In this document: in pieces, positions 7,855-19,100 of the stretch
Layout: every line of letters begins with the position of its first letter
Numbering within the stretch: position 1 is the stretch's first letter
IMG/VR virus record: IMGVR_UViG_3300025879_000018
Strand: one strand, 5' to 3'
DNA: 64,000 nt
DNA from: an uncultured virus (IMG/VR IMGVR_UViG_3300025879_000018)
Taxonomy: Duplodnaviria > Heunggongvirae > Uroviricota > Caudoviricetes > Crassvirales
Position numbers and translations under genes: made by a program
The notes under the pieces: model-generated
What the model saw: only the letters and a program-made list of their open reading frames with translations
Database searches by the model: none
What the model was told of the DNA's origin: nothing

Positions 7855-8193
7855 ATGACTGAAAAGCAGAAAGAATGTATTCTTGAAATTCAAGACCTAA
7901 TGCTTGCAATCAACACGGTTGTAAAAAAATACGAACTCGAAGACGAATTCATAGCCTGTCTCGCTATTGGCTTTATAGATATGGAGACATCATACGTTGA
8001 TGAAGACGGTGATGAGAGAGCTAATATGAATTTGTTATCTACATTCTCTGTGTCTGACGAAGAAGAGTTGGATGACCTGTTATCTTACTGCGTAGAAGCT
8101 TACAGGTCGCAAGAAGAAGAGGATTCAAAGCCAGATACATCAAGCATTGATTACTGGTTAAACTTCGGTCTAAGAGACGGAGACGTAAATTAA
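7855..8193 (+). CDS. acidic hypothetical protein
   Basis: D/E-rich 112-aa ORF within the operon. Confidence 0.7.
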   Translation: MTEKQKECILEIQDLMLAINTVVKKYELEDEFIACLAIGFIDMETSYVDEDGDERANMNLLSTFSVSDEEELDDLLSYCVEAYRSQEEEDSKPDTSSIDYWLNFGLRDGDVN

Positions 8194-8201
8194 ATAGATA
8201 C

Positions 8202-8275
8202 GCATCAGTAGCTCAGTTGGATAGAGCATCACTCTTCTAAAGTGGCGGTCATAGGTTCGAATCCTATCTGGTGTA
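8202..8275 (+). tRNA. tRNA-Arg (anticodon UCU)
   Basis: Acceptor GCATCAG/CTGGTGT, D-arm GCTC..GAGC, anticodon loop CT-TCT-AA, T-loop GGTTCGAATCC; CCA not encoded. Confidence 0.95.
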
Positions 8276-8289
8276 CTAAATTAAATAAG

Positions 8290-8520
8290 ATGATTAGAAA
8301 GATTATTATCGGGCGAGACCCAAAGGATGCTATGGCGTATTACGTAGGTATGCGTGCTGGCTCTGGAAAAGTAAGCGCTATCGTTGAAGACGAGGCGCAT
8401 TTATACAAGTACAGTAAAAAACGGTATCTCATCTACATTGAGAACGAGGAAGGCACAATGGTTTGGAAGGCAATAGATGATATGCCTTGCATTCTTGAGT
8501 ATGACCTAAACTTCGACTAA
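8290..8520 (+). CDS. conserved-type hypothetical protein (start revised to 8290)
   Basis: MIRKIIIGRDPKDAMAYYVG; the longer ORF would overlap the tRNA. Confidence 0.7.
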   Translation: MIRKIIIGRDPKDAMAYYVGMRAGSGKVSAIVEDEAHLYKYSKKRYLIYIENEEGTMVWKAIDDMPCILEYDLNFD

Positions 8521-8521
8521 T

Positions 8522-9103
8522 ATGCAGCCGTTACATCATTTTGTGGTTAAGCTCCCACAAAAATTCAAAGACAAAGTAAACGTGGGCGGAATTGAATTAG
8601 AACTTGTTTCTAAATTCAACGAATTTGAGCATAGGTTCAACTACGGTCATATTGTGGCTGCGCCTGTAGCTTTTAAAAAAGCCCCATATATTGGGCAAAT
8701 ACTATATTTCCACCACCACGTTGTGATGGAGCAAATGTACGACATCGGTGATGACCTATACCTTGTTAACTACGACCCATTTGGTGGATATGGAAACCAC
8801 TCTATCGCAATCGAAGACGAAGCTGGTAATATTACTATGCTTGGGGATTGGTGTTTTGTTCTACCCCCAGATGAGGAGGAAGAAGCAACAACTGCTTCTG
8901 GGATTATTCTTGAGGTCAAGAAAGAACCTAAACTGGAAGGAGAACTACTCGCAATATCCAGAGATTCAGAATGGATTGGAGCGAAGTCTGGTGATATGGT
9001 GGGTTACACGAAGAATTCTCAATACGAAATGGAACTCCTAAATGGAGATAAGGTGTATCGTATGAGAACAACAGAGTTAGTTTATGTCAAGGAAGAAAAC
9101 TAA
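8522..9103 (+). CDS. GroES-like co-chaperonin (two tandem GroES-like halves)
   Basis: C-half LGDWCFV..TASGIIL..G..GDMVGY..DKVYRM resembles GroES; the N-half has a similar layout. Confidence 0.7.
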   Translation: MQPLHHFVVKLPQKFKDKVNVGGIELELVSKFNEFEHRFNYGHIVAAPVAFKKAPYIGQILYFHHHVVMEQMYDIGDDLYLVNYDPFGGYGNHSIAIEDEAGNITMLGDWCFVLPPDEEEEATTASGIILEVKKEPKLEGELLAISRDSEWIGAKSGDMVGYTKNSQYEMELLNGDKVYRMRTTELVYVKEEN

Positions 9104-9380
9104 ATTCAATACAGTAGAGGCTTCGGAAAGACTGTTGTCTTCGATGGAGATTGCCATCAACAATATGATTGATGAAATTAGAAAACCTGTAGATGCTGAG
9201 CTTTCTGGTTCTCAACGAAAGGCAGAATTACAAAGTATAAAACAAACAGCAACAGATGCAAAAGAACTCCTTATCGAATACCAGAGACTCGAACAAATGG
9301 TCAGAGAACTTAGAGAAACAGGAGGTCTTGAAGAAGAGCAAGACTACTCTGGAGGATTTGCAGAGCGATTCTCAAAGTAA
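9084..9380 (+). CDS. putative terminase small subunit
   Basis: Helical/coiled-coil 98-aa ORF directly upstream of TerL; assignment is positional. Confidence 0.45.
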   Translation: MSRKKTKFNTVEASERLLSSMEIAINNMIDEIRKPVDAELSGSQRKAELQSIKQTATDAKELLIEYQRLEQMVRELRETGGLEEEQDYSGGFAERFSK

Positions 9381-9416
9381 GTGGAGGTTTCTCTATTGGG
9401 AATAAAATAAAATGAA

Positions 9417-11543
9417 ATGGCAGGACTTAAAAAAGTTGAAGGGCATGATGAGTACGTTATTAATATATGCCCCAACGATACGTCTGGTGAGGTCATCGAA
9501 ATCGGTGGGCTTGATATTCAGCTTCCCGAAGCTCCCCCAGATAAAGAAATACTCAACTATGGAATCGAGCTGGATATGCAAATGTGGCAAAGACTTCCTG
9601 TGCCAGCAGAATTGCAAAGGATTCGCTCTATGGATGAGTGGTACGAAATGCCATCCGATTTTAAAAAAAGGTTTTCTCCATATATCGAGCAAGAGTTTAA
9701 GCGTAGGCGTGAAGGTGTTTGGTTCTTTAATAATGGTGAGCGCATCTACATTACAGGGAGACACTATATGATGCTCCAGTGGAGTAAAATGGATATTGGA
9801 TATGCGTCTTACCTAGAGTTTCAAAGAAGGCTGTTTATTCATTTTGCTGCCTGTGAATCAGACCCACGTTCTATAGGACAAATGTATACGAAGTGTAGAC
9901 GTTCTGGATACACTAATATGTCTGCCGCAATACTTGTAGACGAAGGAACGCAGGTAAAAGATAAACTGCTTGGTATACAGTCAAAGACAGGTAAGGACGC
10001 ACAGGAGAATATCTTTATGAAGAAGGTAGTACCTATGTTTAAATCATACCCATTCTTCTTCAAACCTATTCAAGACGGTACTACAAACCCACGTATGGAA
10101 TTGGCTTTTCGTGAACCGTCTAAACGTATCACGAAAAGCAATAAAACCTCAAATAAGGGAGAGGCTCTAAATACAATTATAAACTGGAAGAACACCACTA
10201 ATAATGCATATGATGGTGAGAAGCTCCATCTTATGTATCTTGATGAAGCAGGTAAGTGGGAAAAACCTACTGACATACGTGAGGCTTGGCGCATTGAGCG
10301 TACTTGTCTCATTGTAGGTCGTAAAATTATTGGTAAGGCTCTTGTTGGTTCTACTGTAAATCCAATGGAAAAAGGTGGTAATCAATATAAGGAACTATGG
10401 AGAGACTCAGACCCTAACGATAGAAATGCAAATGGAAGAACAAAAACTGGGCTTTATAGACTTTTTGTATCAGCCTACGAAGCCTTGGAGGGGTTCTTTG
10501 ACAGACACGGAAACCCCATCGTTGAAGACCCAGAAAATCCAGTTCAAACGATTGATGGAGACTTTGTTGACATTGGTGCGAAGACTTATCTCAAAAATGA
10601 AAGAGAAGCTTTAAAGCACGATGCTAGGGAACTTAATGAATTTATACGCCAGTTTCCATTTACTGTGGATGAAGCTATGCGTGACTCTATCGAAGGCTCT
10701 ACTTTTAATATCGGAAAGATATACGAACAAGTAGAATACAATCAAGAGTTATTCCCACACCCAGTTGTTCAAGGAAACTTTAGTTGGAAAGAAGGTATTC
10801 AAGATAGCGAGGTTATATTCAGTCCAGATAAAAACGGAAGATGGCGTATATCTTGGATGCCAAAGCCAGAAATGAGAAATAAATACAAAGTTGAATATGG
10901 AAAGAAAATCCCAGCGAATGACCATATTGGTGTTGGTGGTGTCGATAGCTATGACTTGGATAGCACAACAGATAATAGAGGTTCAAAGGGAGCTTGTCAT
11001 CTCTACAACAAATTTAACCTTTCTGCTCCTGCTAATATGTTTGTTGCTGAATACGCTTCTCGCCCTCCTTTGGCACGAATATTCTACGAAGACGTCTTAA
11101 TGGCAGCGGTATTCTACGGATACCCACTTCTTATAGAAAACAATAAATATGGTATTGTAAGACATTTTGAATCAAGAGGTTATGAGGAATATGTTATGAA
11201 GCGACCAGAGCATCTAAAGTCTCCAAACGCTTCAAATACAAAAACTCGTGGTATACCTTCTAACTCTCAAGATGTAATACAGGCTCACGCACACGCTATT
11301 GAAGCTTTTGTTGAAGAACACGTAGGAATAAACAATGAAACTGGAGAAATGGGTAAGATGTACTTTGACAGGACTCTAGAGGATTGGATTGGGTACAAGA
11401 TAGATAACCGCACCAAGTTTGACCTTACCATTAGTTCTGGATTAGCGCTCCTTGGCGCTCAAAAATTTAAAGAAGTTAAAAAGAAATCTAATTTTGATGA
11501 CAAGAAGTTTTTCAGACGTTATAATCAAGAGATAAGGCGCTAA
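9417..11543 (+). CDS. terL: terminase large subunit
   Basis: Walker A-like KCRRSGYT, Walker B YLDEAGK, coupling motif GST, nuclease GVDSYD..IENN..FDLTISS. Confidence 0.93.
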   Translation: MAGLKKVEGHDEYVINICPNDTSGEVIEIGGLDIQLPEAPPDKEILNYGIELDMQMWQRLPVPAELQRIRSMDEWYEMPSDFKKRFSPYIEQEFKRRREGVWFFNNGERIYITGRHYMMLQWSKMDIGYASYLEFQRRLFIHFAACESDPRSIGQMYTKCRRSGYTNMSAAILVDEGTQVKDKLLGIQSKTGKDAQENIFMKKVVPMFKSYPFFFKPIQDGTTNPRMELAFREPSKRITKSNKTSNKGEALNTIINWKNTTNNAYDGEKLHLMYLDEAGKWEKPTDIREAWRIERTCLIVGRKIIGKALVGSTVNPMEKGGNQYKELWRDSDPNDRNANGRTKTGLYRLFVSAYEALEGFFDRHGNPIVEDPENPVQTIDGDFVDIGAKTYLKNEREALKHDARELNEFIRQFPFTVDEAMRDSIEGSTFNIGKIYEQVEYNQELFPHPVVQGNFSWKEGIQDSEVIFSPDKNGRWRISWMPKPEMRNKYKVEYGKKIPANDHIGVGGVDSYDLDSTTDNRGSKGACHLYNKFNLSAPANMFVAEYASRPPLARIFYEDVLMAAVFYGYPLLIENNKYGIVRHFESRGYEEYVMKRPEHLKSPNASNTKTRGIPSNSQDVIQAHAHAIEAFVEEHVGINNETGEMGKMYFDRTLEDWIGYKIDNRTKFDLTISSGLALLGAQKFKEVKKKSNFDDKKFFRRYNQEIRR

Positions 11544-11597
11544 TACACAGGTGTTTATTTTCGTATATTTGCGAGGAAGTATTTTGCGAAAGGCTAT

Positions 11598-14036
11598 ATG
11601 TACGAAAACAACAACAATGGGAAATACGGTAATTTCCCAGACCCATTTGCACACTATTCTAAGAAAAGCTCTAAGGGCTATGGTCTTAAGTATGCGAAGG
11701 CTATTGAAAAACAATGGGGTCATTCGGATGACGAAAGAAGTTTATTTAGAAGAAGGTTAAAAGACTTTGAGACCAATCGTGATTATGCGAATGGTACTCA
11801 AGACACTTCTATATATAAACAGATTTTAAACTCCCTAGACCCTAATAATGGAGATGGGACTCTGTTGAATTTGGACTGGTCTCCAGTTCCAATCGTACCT
11901 AAATTCGTTAAGATTGTCGTAAACAACATTCTTTCAAGAAAGCCTTATCCAAACATTAAAGCCATTGACCCACTATCTCAGTCTGAGAAAGATGAAGAGC
12001 GTGCTAAAAAAATGTTTGAGGTAAAAAATAGAGAGCTTTTAACTCAACTAGCTCAACAAGGCGTTGACGTAAAAACAGACTTAAATCAAATTCCAGAAAC
12101 TCCAGAAGAAGCAGAAATCTTTATGGATACCAACATTAAGACAGCAGCCGAAATTGCTGCTCAAGTTGGTACTAATATTACTCTAGAGTGGAACGATTTT
12201 GACCAGCGTGTATACCGTAGAGCAGTTAACGACCTAGTTACCTGTGGAATGGGCGTTGTTAAAAGAAACAACGACCCTAACTATGGAATCACAGAAGAAT
12301 ATATCGACCCAGCATATTTCTTCCATAGCTACACCGAAGACCCTACATTTAGTGACCTCATTTATGCAGGACACATCAAAAAGATTAGTATCTCGGAACT
12401 CAAGCGTATCGCTCGTGATGAGCTTACTGAAGAGCAATATCAAAAAATCGCAAACACTGTCAAGAATAAATATCAAAACAGAGCAGACAAATTAAGCTAT
12501 AAATACTACGATGAGACTCTAGACCGTACAACTTACGGATACGATGAGTTTATTGTCGAGGTTATGGACTTTGAGTTTATGTCTGTTGATGATATGATGT
12601 TTGAGGAAAAAGGTTCTAAGTTTGGCAATTCAAACTTCTACTACAAAGGATTTGATTATTCACCTCCTAAAGAGTCTGTTTATACCAGAAAGCCATACGC
12701 TATGAATATTCAGACTGTATTCGGAGGTAGCTACATTGTAGGTACTGACTTTATGTACGAATACGGACAGAAACGTAATGTGCCTAAAAATGTACACGAC
12801 TTAACTAAGGCTAGATTATCTTACTCAGTTGTTTCTACAAACCTTCGTAGAATGATGCCTAAGTCCTTAGTTGCATCTGTAATTGGTTTTGCAGACCAAT
12901 TACAACTTTCTCACTTAAAGTTACAGCAAGCTATTGCTAAAGCTAAACCAGATGGTCTAATTGTAGATGTCGAGGGTCTTGAGAATGTACAGCTAGGCAA
13001 AGGCGGTGAACTACAACCATTAGAAATTCAAGACATCTATGAACAAACAGGTGTTTTCTACTATCGTTCAAAGAATCCAGAAGGTGGATTCCAGAACCCT
13101 CCAGTTCGTTCTTTGGACAATAGCATTAGGAATATCAACGAGCTTATTGCTATTTACAACCATAATCTCCGTCTTATACGTGATACTACAGGTATTAACG
13201 AAGTGATGGATGGCTCTACTCCAAAAGGAGAGCAATTAGTAGGTGTAAGACAACAGGCTCTAGCCGCAGGAAATAATGCGATATACGACATTACTAACGC
13301 TGCTATTTATTTGTATAGTAAAGTTTGTGAGGACGTGGTTAAATGTCTTCAGATTCTTCCTCCTAAGTCTGTTTTATTTCAAGCTTATGAAAGAGCTATT
13401 GGTAAATCTAATATGGAAGTATTGTCTTCATTTGGAGACTTGCCTATGTACAACTTTGGAGTTAAGGTTCAAACAGAAATGGATGATACCGAAAAGTCTT
13501 ATCTAGAACAAAACATCCAGATTGCGCTATCTCAAAAAGAGATTGACCTTGAAGATGCAATGGCGGTAAGACAGCTAAAAGATGTAGACCAAGCAGAAAG
13601 GCTGTTGATTATCAGACGCAAGAAACGTATGCGTATGCAGCAGCAAATGGCTCAGCAGAATTCTCAGATGCAATCTCAGATGAATCAAGCTACAGCTCAA
13701 GCAGCTTCCCAAGGTAAGATGCAGGAGATTCAAATGCAGTCACAAGCGAAGATTGCTGAAATTCAAGCTAAAGCTCAAGCAGATGCTCAAATTTTACAGC
13801 TAGAATACCAACTTAAAGGTCAGATTGAGGTACAAAAGTCTCAGATGACCGCAGGTATGAAGCAGCAAGATATGGACTTCAGAAAAGAAATTGAAAACAA
13901 TAAGGAAAAGTCTAAAGACGACAGAGTTAAAAAACAAGCTGTAGAACAAAGCAAACTTTTATCTCAGCGTCAAGGTAAACGTGAAGAGTTGAAAGACGAA
14001 GGTAACGACCTTTTAGATATGCTAACTTCCTCGTAA
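11598..14036 (+). CDS. portal protein
   Basis: 812 aa after TerL; PIVPKFV motif; Gln-rich C-terminal coiled coil; TATATTTG at 11564. Confidence 0.88.
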   Translation: MYENNNNGKYGNFPDPFAHYSKKSSKGYGLKYAKAIEKQWGHSDDERSLFRRRLKDFETNRDYANGTQDTSIYKQILNSLDPNNGDGTLLNLDWSPVPIVPKFVKIVVNNILSRKPYPNIKAIDPLSQSEKDEERAKKMFEVKNRELLTQLAQQGVDVKTDLNQIPETPEEAEIFMDTNIKTAAEIAAQVGTNITLEWNDFDQRVYRRAVNDLVTCGMGVVKRNNDPNYGITEEYIDPAYFFHSYTEDPTFSDLIYAGHIKKISISELKRIARDELTEEQYQKIANTVKNKYQNRADKLSYKYYDETLDRTTYGYDEFIVEVMDFEFMSVDDMMFEEKGSKFGNSNFYYKGFDYSPPKESVYTRKPYAMNIQTVFGGSYIVGTDFMYEYGQKRNVPKNVHDLTKARLSYSVVSTNLRRMMPKSLVASVIGFADQLQLSHLKLQQAIAKAKPDGLIVDVEGLENVQLGKGGELQPLEIQDIYEQTGVFYYRSKNPEGGFQNPPVRSLDNSIRNINELIAIYNHNLRLIRDTTGINEVMDGSTPKGEQLVGVRQQALAAGNNAIYDITNAAIYLYSKVCEDVVKCLQILPPKSVLFQAYERAIGKSNMEVLSSFGDLPMYNFGVKVQTEMDDTEKSYLEQNIQIALSQKEIDLEDAMAVRQLKDVDQAERLLIIRRKKRMRMQQQMAQQNSQMQSQMNQATAQAASQGKMQEIQMQSQAKIAEIQAKAQADAQILQLEYQLKGQIEVQKSQMTAGMKQQDMDFRKEIENNKEKSKDDRVKKQAVEQSKLLSQRQGKREELKDEGNDLLDMLTSS

Positions 14037-14060
14037 CCAGTAAATTACTACCTTTGCATT

Positions 14061-14420
14061 ATGGCAAACAAAATAAACTTAGACGCAGCTAAACGAGTAG
14101 ATATCACCTGTAGAAAAGGCGATACGTTTGTCTTGGATTTGGCATTTACAGATAGCGCAGGAACTGCTTTTGATTTGACAGGGTATTCTTGGAAGCTTGA
14201 TGTAAAAGAAACAGATACTGCTGCTTCGGATATAATTCCAGAGACAGCATTTACATATGCAGGAGACGTTGATGGTAACTTAAAAGTTACGGCAACAGCT
14301 ACTGATATGGCGAACGTAGATGGTGGGTTATATGTATATGACCTACAGTCTAATTTTGGAGGAGTTGTAACCACTTGGATATACGGAGTATTTCAAGTAA
14401 ACGAAGATATTAGTGAGTAA
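14061..14420 (+). CDS. BppU-like fibre-attachment/adaptor protein
   Basis: GDTF..FDLTGY..YVYDLQ pattern; TACCTTTG at 14049. Confidence 0.6.
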   Translation: MANKINLDAAKRVDITCRKGDTFVLDLAFTDSAGTAFDLTGYSWKLDVKETDTAASDIIPETAFTYAGDVDGNLKVTATATDMANVDGGLYVYDLQSNFGGVVTTWIYGVFQVNEDISE

Positions 14421-14715
14421 CAACATTGAAATAAAAAGCGGCACTGTAATCAGTGTTACAGTCCCAGAACAAAGCCCAAGCAATGTCACTATTGCTGGTA
14501 TGAAAGCCGTAGGTATTACGGATTCTCGTTACGAGCATACACAGGAAACTGTTGGGAAAGTATGGGAGATTAACCACAACCTCAATAAGAAGCCATCTGT
14601 AACGGTGGTAGACAGTGGGGACAACGTGGTTATTGGAGAAGTACAGTATGTAGATAATAATAACCTAACCGTAAGCTTCAACGCCTCATTTAGTGGCAAG
14701 GCTTACTTAAACTAA
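14413..14715 (+). CDS. small tail-associated beta protein
   Basis: WEINHNLNKKPSVTVVDS..FSGKAYLN motif typical of tail proteins. Confidence 0.6.
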   Translation: MSNNIEIKSGTVISVTVPEQSPSNVTIAGMKAVGITDSRYEHTQETVGKVWEINHNLNKKPSVTVVDSGDNVVIGEVQYVDNNNLTVSFNASFSGKAYLN

Positions 14716-14724
14716 AAAAGCTCT

Positions 14725-16098
14725 ATGGCTATTAAGTTTTTATCAGGTCTTGATATTAGCGGAAGCATTGACCTGCAAAAAAATGAGCTGAAGAATGCGG
14801 TTATGCATTCCTTGGCTCTTGCTCCCTCAAATCCAGTAGAGGGTCAGATGTACTGGAACTCAGCTTCTGGTACAAAGAAGCTGTATATCTATGACGCAGA
14901 CGGTGCTGCTTGGGTAGATATTACTGGTGACCTTACAAGCTTGTCTTCTGGCGCGAAGAATACAATGTACATCACAAGTGGTTCTGGTGGCGATGCTGTC
15001 ATTGAGCTTAACCACTTAGGGATTGAAGACCTTGTACCTCCAGTAAAGAACAATGTTGCACAGGATGCGATTATGTTCTACGATGCAAGTGGAACAGGTT
15101 CACAATGGTTGACACCTTCTACTGGTACTGGTATTCGCATCAACGGAACGTCTCTTGAGCTATACGAAATTCCTAACGCATCACTTGAAAATGACAGCGT
15201 AACGGTTACTAAAGGTAACGGTCTTACTTCTTTGTCTGGTGGTACTATGGCTCTTGGTGGCTCAGTTACTATTACTGTCGGTGAAGGAACAGGTATCTCT
15301 GTTGAGACTAATGGAGTAGCTCTTAAAAACCACGGTTCTCTCGGTGCTAACACCTTGATGATGTGGGATGATGCGAATGGTCAGTTGACTGATTCTGTTA
15401 TCACGCAAGACGGTACATCAAGCGCTATTACTATTAGCGATGACTTGACTGTAACTGGTGACTTGACCGTTCAAGGTTCATTGACAAGCATTGAAACCAC
15501 GAACACTGCTATTACGGATAACGTAATCGTTCTTAACAAAGGTGAGACAGGTGCAGGTGTAAGCTCTACATTCTCTGGTTTTGAAGTAGACAGAGGAACT
15601 GAGTCTAACGTATCTTTCTTGTGGGACGATGTAAACGACAGATGGCAAGTAGGTGGTAAGTTGAAACTTAACACTATTGCTACTGCCACAAGCGTAGCTA
15701 ACGTATTCATTGAAGAGGATGTAGCTGGAGCTGGTGAACTTCGTAAGGTGTCTTTGCAGACATTGAAGAACCTTATGGGTTCTCAGAATATGTCTCTCAT
15801 CCTTGAGGCATCTGGCGGTACTGAAGTTCAAGGAGCTATATGGGTTTCTAAGTCAAGTAACACGTACACTGTTAAACACTATATGGGTACTAAACGCTTG
15901 ATTGCTCAAGTTCAAGATGCCACGTCTGGAGAAACTGTTATGGTTGATGTAGCACGTACTACAGATGACCAAGTTACCGTTACTTTTGGTGGCGCAGTAA
16001 CTGATGGGGACTACATCTTAAACATACAAGCTATTAAACCACAGTCTCACGGTGACGGTGGTGGCCCAGAAGGAGGAGGCGGCAGCGGCCCAGTTTAA
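14725..16098 (+). CDS. tail fibre/spike protein
   Basis: GQMYWNS, DLTVTGDLTVQG, DNVIVLN..GFEVDRGT..WDDVNDRW. Confidence 0.7.
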   Translation: MAIKFLSGLDISGSIDLQKNELKNAVMHSLALAPSNPVEGQMYWNSASGTKKLYIYDADGAAWVDITGDLTSLSSGAKNTMYITSGSGGDAVIELNHLGIEDLVPPVKNNVAQDAIMFYDASGTGSQWLTPSTGTGIRINGTSLELYEIPNASLENDSVTVTKGNGLTSLSGGTMALGGSVTITVGEGTGISVETNGVALKNHGSLGANTLMMWDDANGQLTDSVITQDGTSSAITISDDLTVTGDLTVQGSLTSIETTNTAITDNVIVLNKGETGAGVSSTFSGFEVDRGTESNVSFLWDDVNDRWQVGGKLKLNTIATATSVANVFIEEDVAGAGELRKVSLQTLKNLMGSQNMSLILEASGGTEVQGAIWVSKSSNTYTVKHYMGTKRLIAQVQDATSGETVMVDVARTTDDQVTVTFGGAVTDGDYILNIQAIKPQSHGDGGGPEGGGGSGPV

Positions 16099-16119
16099 TA
16101 CACTGAGCAACAGATATAG

Positions 16120-16146
16120 AGAGGGGCAATAGCCCCTCTTTTTTTT
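16120..16146 (+). terminator. intrinsic terminator, directly followed by a TATTTTTG box
   Basis: AGAGGGGC-aata-GCCCCTCT plus T tract. Confidence 0.85.
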
Positions 16147-16179
16147 GTATTTTTGTAAGCACAAACATATTTCACTATT

Positions 16180-19100
16180 ATGTCTCAAAAGTTTTTAAGT
16201 GACGTAGTTCTGTCAACGCTTACCACAGGTTCAATGCTTAAATTGGATTCTAACGGTAAAATCGTAGAGGCTGTTGATGGTACTGACTATATATCTACCT
16301 CAGCAACTGGATATTTCACCGCATCAAGTGGTAGCGGAATTTACTACTCTGGTGATGTTCGTATTGGAACATACCAAACAACTGTAGCGCCAGATGCAAA
16401 GCTTCACATTTTTGACTATCAAACTACTGAACCAAAGCTTTTAATTGAAGACGGTAATACTGGTGATGCCAGTATGCAGTTTAAAATTAGTACCCAGTCT
16501 TACACTCTTGGTATAGACAACTCTGACAGCGACAAGTTTGTGTTATCCGCTGGAGATGTTTTAGGTACTGGAAATCTATTAGAGATTACCTCTGGCGGTC
16601 TTGCAGCATTCCAGAACTCAGTTCTTGTAAAGGGTACTCTGTATGTAAACAACCAAGAACAGATTCAACAAGGCGATACAGAAAAGATTGCTACGTTCCA
16701 GAATCTTGGAACAGAAAGAGGATACTTTGAGGTAACGGATACAGGTAAGGGATATTTCTACGCTGATGGATTTAAGACAGGTGCTACTACGGTAGGATTC
16801 CTTAAGTCTGACGGAACAGTTGACACAGGAGATTTCTTTAGCGGAGCATATAGCGACTTAAGCGGCACTCCTACACTTGGAACAATGGCTGCCGCGTCTG
16901 CAAATGATTACAAAACATCAGACCAGACTGAGGATTACGTAGCTGGAGAGTTAACCTATTCAAACATCTCTGGGACACCAACATTGGGAACAGCTGCTGC
17001 CGCAGATACAACAGACTTTGACGCAGCTGGAGAGGCACAGGACGTACAGGATAACTTAGATAGCCTTGTAGGAACTCTTGGAACTGCGGCATACACCGCT
17101 TCTACAGATTACGCTACCGCATCACACACGCATAGTATTTTTACAGGGAATAGCGGTTATATTGAAGCAGGTGGTAATAATGCAGCTGTTTTTTCTATAA
17201 CATCAAGAGACAGGAGAGCTATAAAAGATTTGCCTCGTACTTATCCAAGAGGTCTTTATTTAGATTTTAAAAATCAAGATATATTCCCAGAGATAGGGGA
17301 AGGCGGATATAGAGGTCAGATGATATGGCGCTCTTATGGAAGTGAAACAGATTTAAGTGGTGGTCAGCCATTACAAATGGTTTACACCCAGTCTGGTAAT
17401 CTTTACTTTAGATTAGGTACAGGTCTTGATACTTGGCAAGAAGAGTTTCAACATATAGCAACAAGACAGTGGGTATCTGACCAGAGTTACTTAACCTCAC
17501 TTCCTGCACACGAACACGATGCTCGTTACTACACTGAAACAGAAATGGATACGTTCCTTTCTGGTAAGCTGTCTACTTCTGGTGGAACGGTAACAGGTAT
17601 GACCATATTTGAAGATGGTTTACGCATTGGTACTGGAAACCATAATAATAATGGTCGTGCTTCAATTACATTTGGAGAAGGTTCGCCCACGACAGATTCA
17701 ATGTATATTGAGTACGATGGCGAAAACCTAAGCGGTAATAATAACGCTCTTATATTCGGCTCTGAATCTGCTGGAGATATATTTAAAATTACTTTCGGTG
17801 GTTCAGTTTTAATTGGCACTAATGCTGTTGCAACGGAGAGCTATGTAACAACAGCTCTAAGCAACTATAAGACATCTGACGATACTGAGACTTACATAGC
17901 AACAGAACTACTCTCTTACACGCCTACATCGTCTTTCGGTACAAACGCATTTACAAGTTACTCAGACCACACAGGATTATACGATACTGCTGGTTCTGCT
18001 GGAGCAGTAGAAACAGCTGTAAACACTCGCATTGACGAAGAGGTTTTGCCAGCAGTTTCAGACAACGCTACAGGCGTTGACAACAACCGAGCAGCAATCA
18101 CAGCTCTTGGAACTGATAAGCTTGCCAAGAGCGGAGGTACAATGACTGGTACTCTTGAATGGGACACCTCAGCAGGGGCTACAAATACTCACGCTAAGAT
18201 TGTATACGGACAGTCTCCAAGTCCAGACGGAAGTCTCAATGGAATGGCTCAAGTAGCAAACTATGGTGCTGATGGATACGGTTTGTTGCTGCACGTTGGT
18301 TATGGAGAATCTGACAACGGTGGTATTAAAATCACCGATGATGGGGTTGTTGTTTGGGGTGCTTCAGATGAGAACGTGTTTACCGTTATTGATGAAGACT
18401 CTCGCTCTGAAAGATTTAGAATTGACAATAGTGGTAATATAGCAGCATCTGGAAACATAACTGCTGCTGGCGGTATCTCAAGTGCGTACTTAACAAACAG
18501 TGGAGGAGCAAAACTTGAAATACAAAACGGTGTAGACGGAACTCCAGACAGAGGTATCTATATGTGGAATATTGAAGACCCTAACTGGGGAATTTATATG
18601 TCTACATCTGGAGCAGGAAAATCTCTTGGAGGCGGTACAGCTACAGCAGGTATTGATGGTGTTGCTGAACACGCTATACGCTTCCGCGTAAATGATAACT
18701 CTGCACAAGCAGGATTTATTTGGGAAAACTCTTCTGAAGTTGCTTTGATGCAGATGAACGGTGGAAGTGGGCATTTGTATGTAAACGGAAGAATATATCC
18801 ATCTAATCAGACTACAGACTATGTAGATTCAACTCGCATTAAAAATTGGGATGTGGCTCACGGCTGGGGAAACCACGCTGGATTGTATGATTTAGCAGGT
18901 TCTGCCGCTGCGGTACAGACTTGGGTGGGAGAACAAAACTTTGCTACCGATGCTGCAATAGGAACGGCTATATCAAACCTTGTAGATTCTTCACCTGCTG
19001 CACTAAACACACTTAACGAACTTGCTGCCGCATTAGGAGATGACCCTAATTTCGCTACTACTGTAACAAATAATATTGGTGCAGTTAATACTCGTATTGA

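Noticed and set aside
8242..8289. Longer start for ORF 8242-8520
   Set aside because: It overlaps the tRNA; the ATG at 8290 is more plausible
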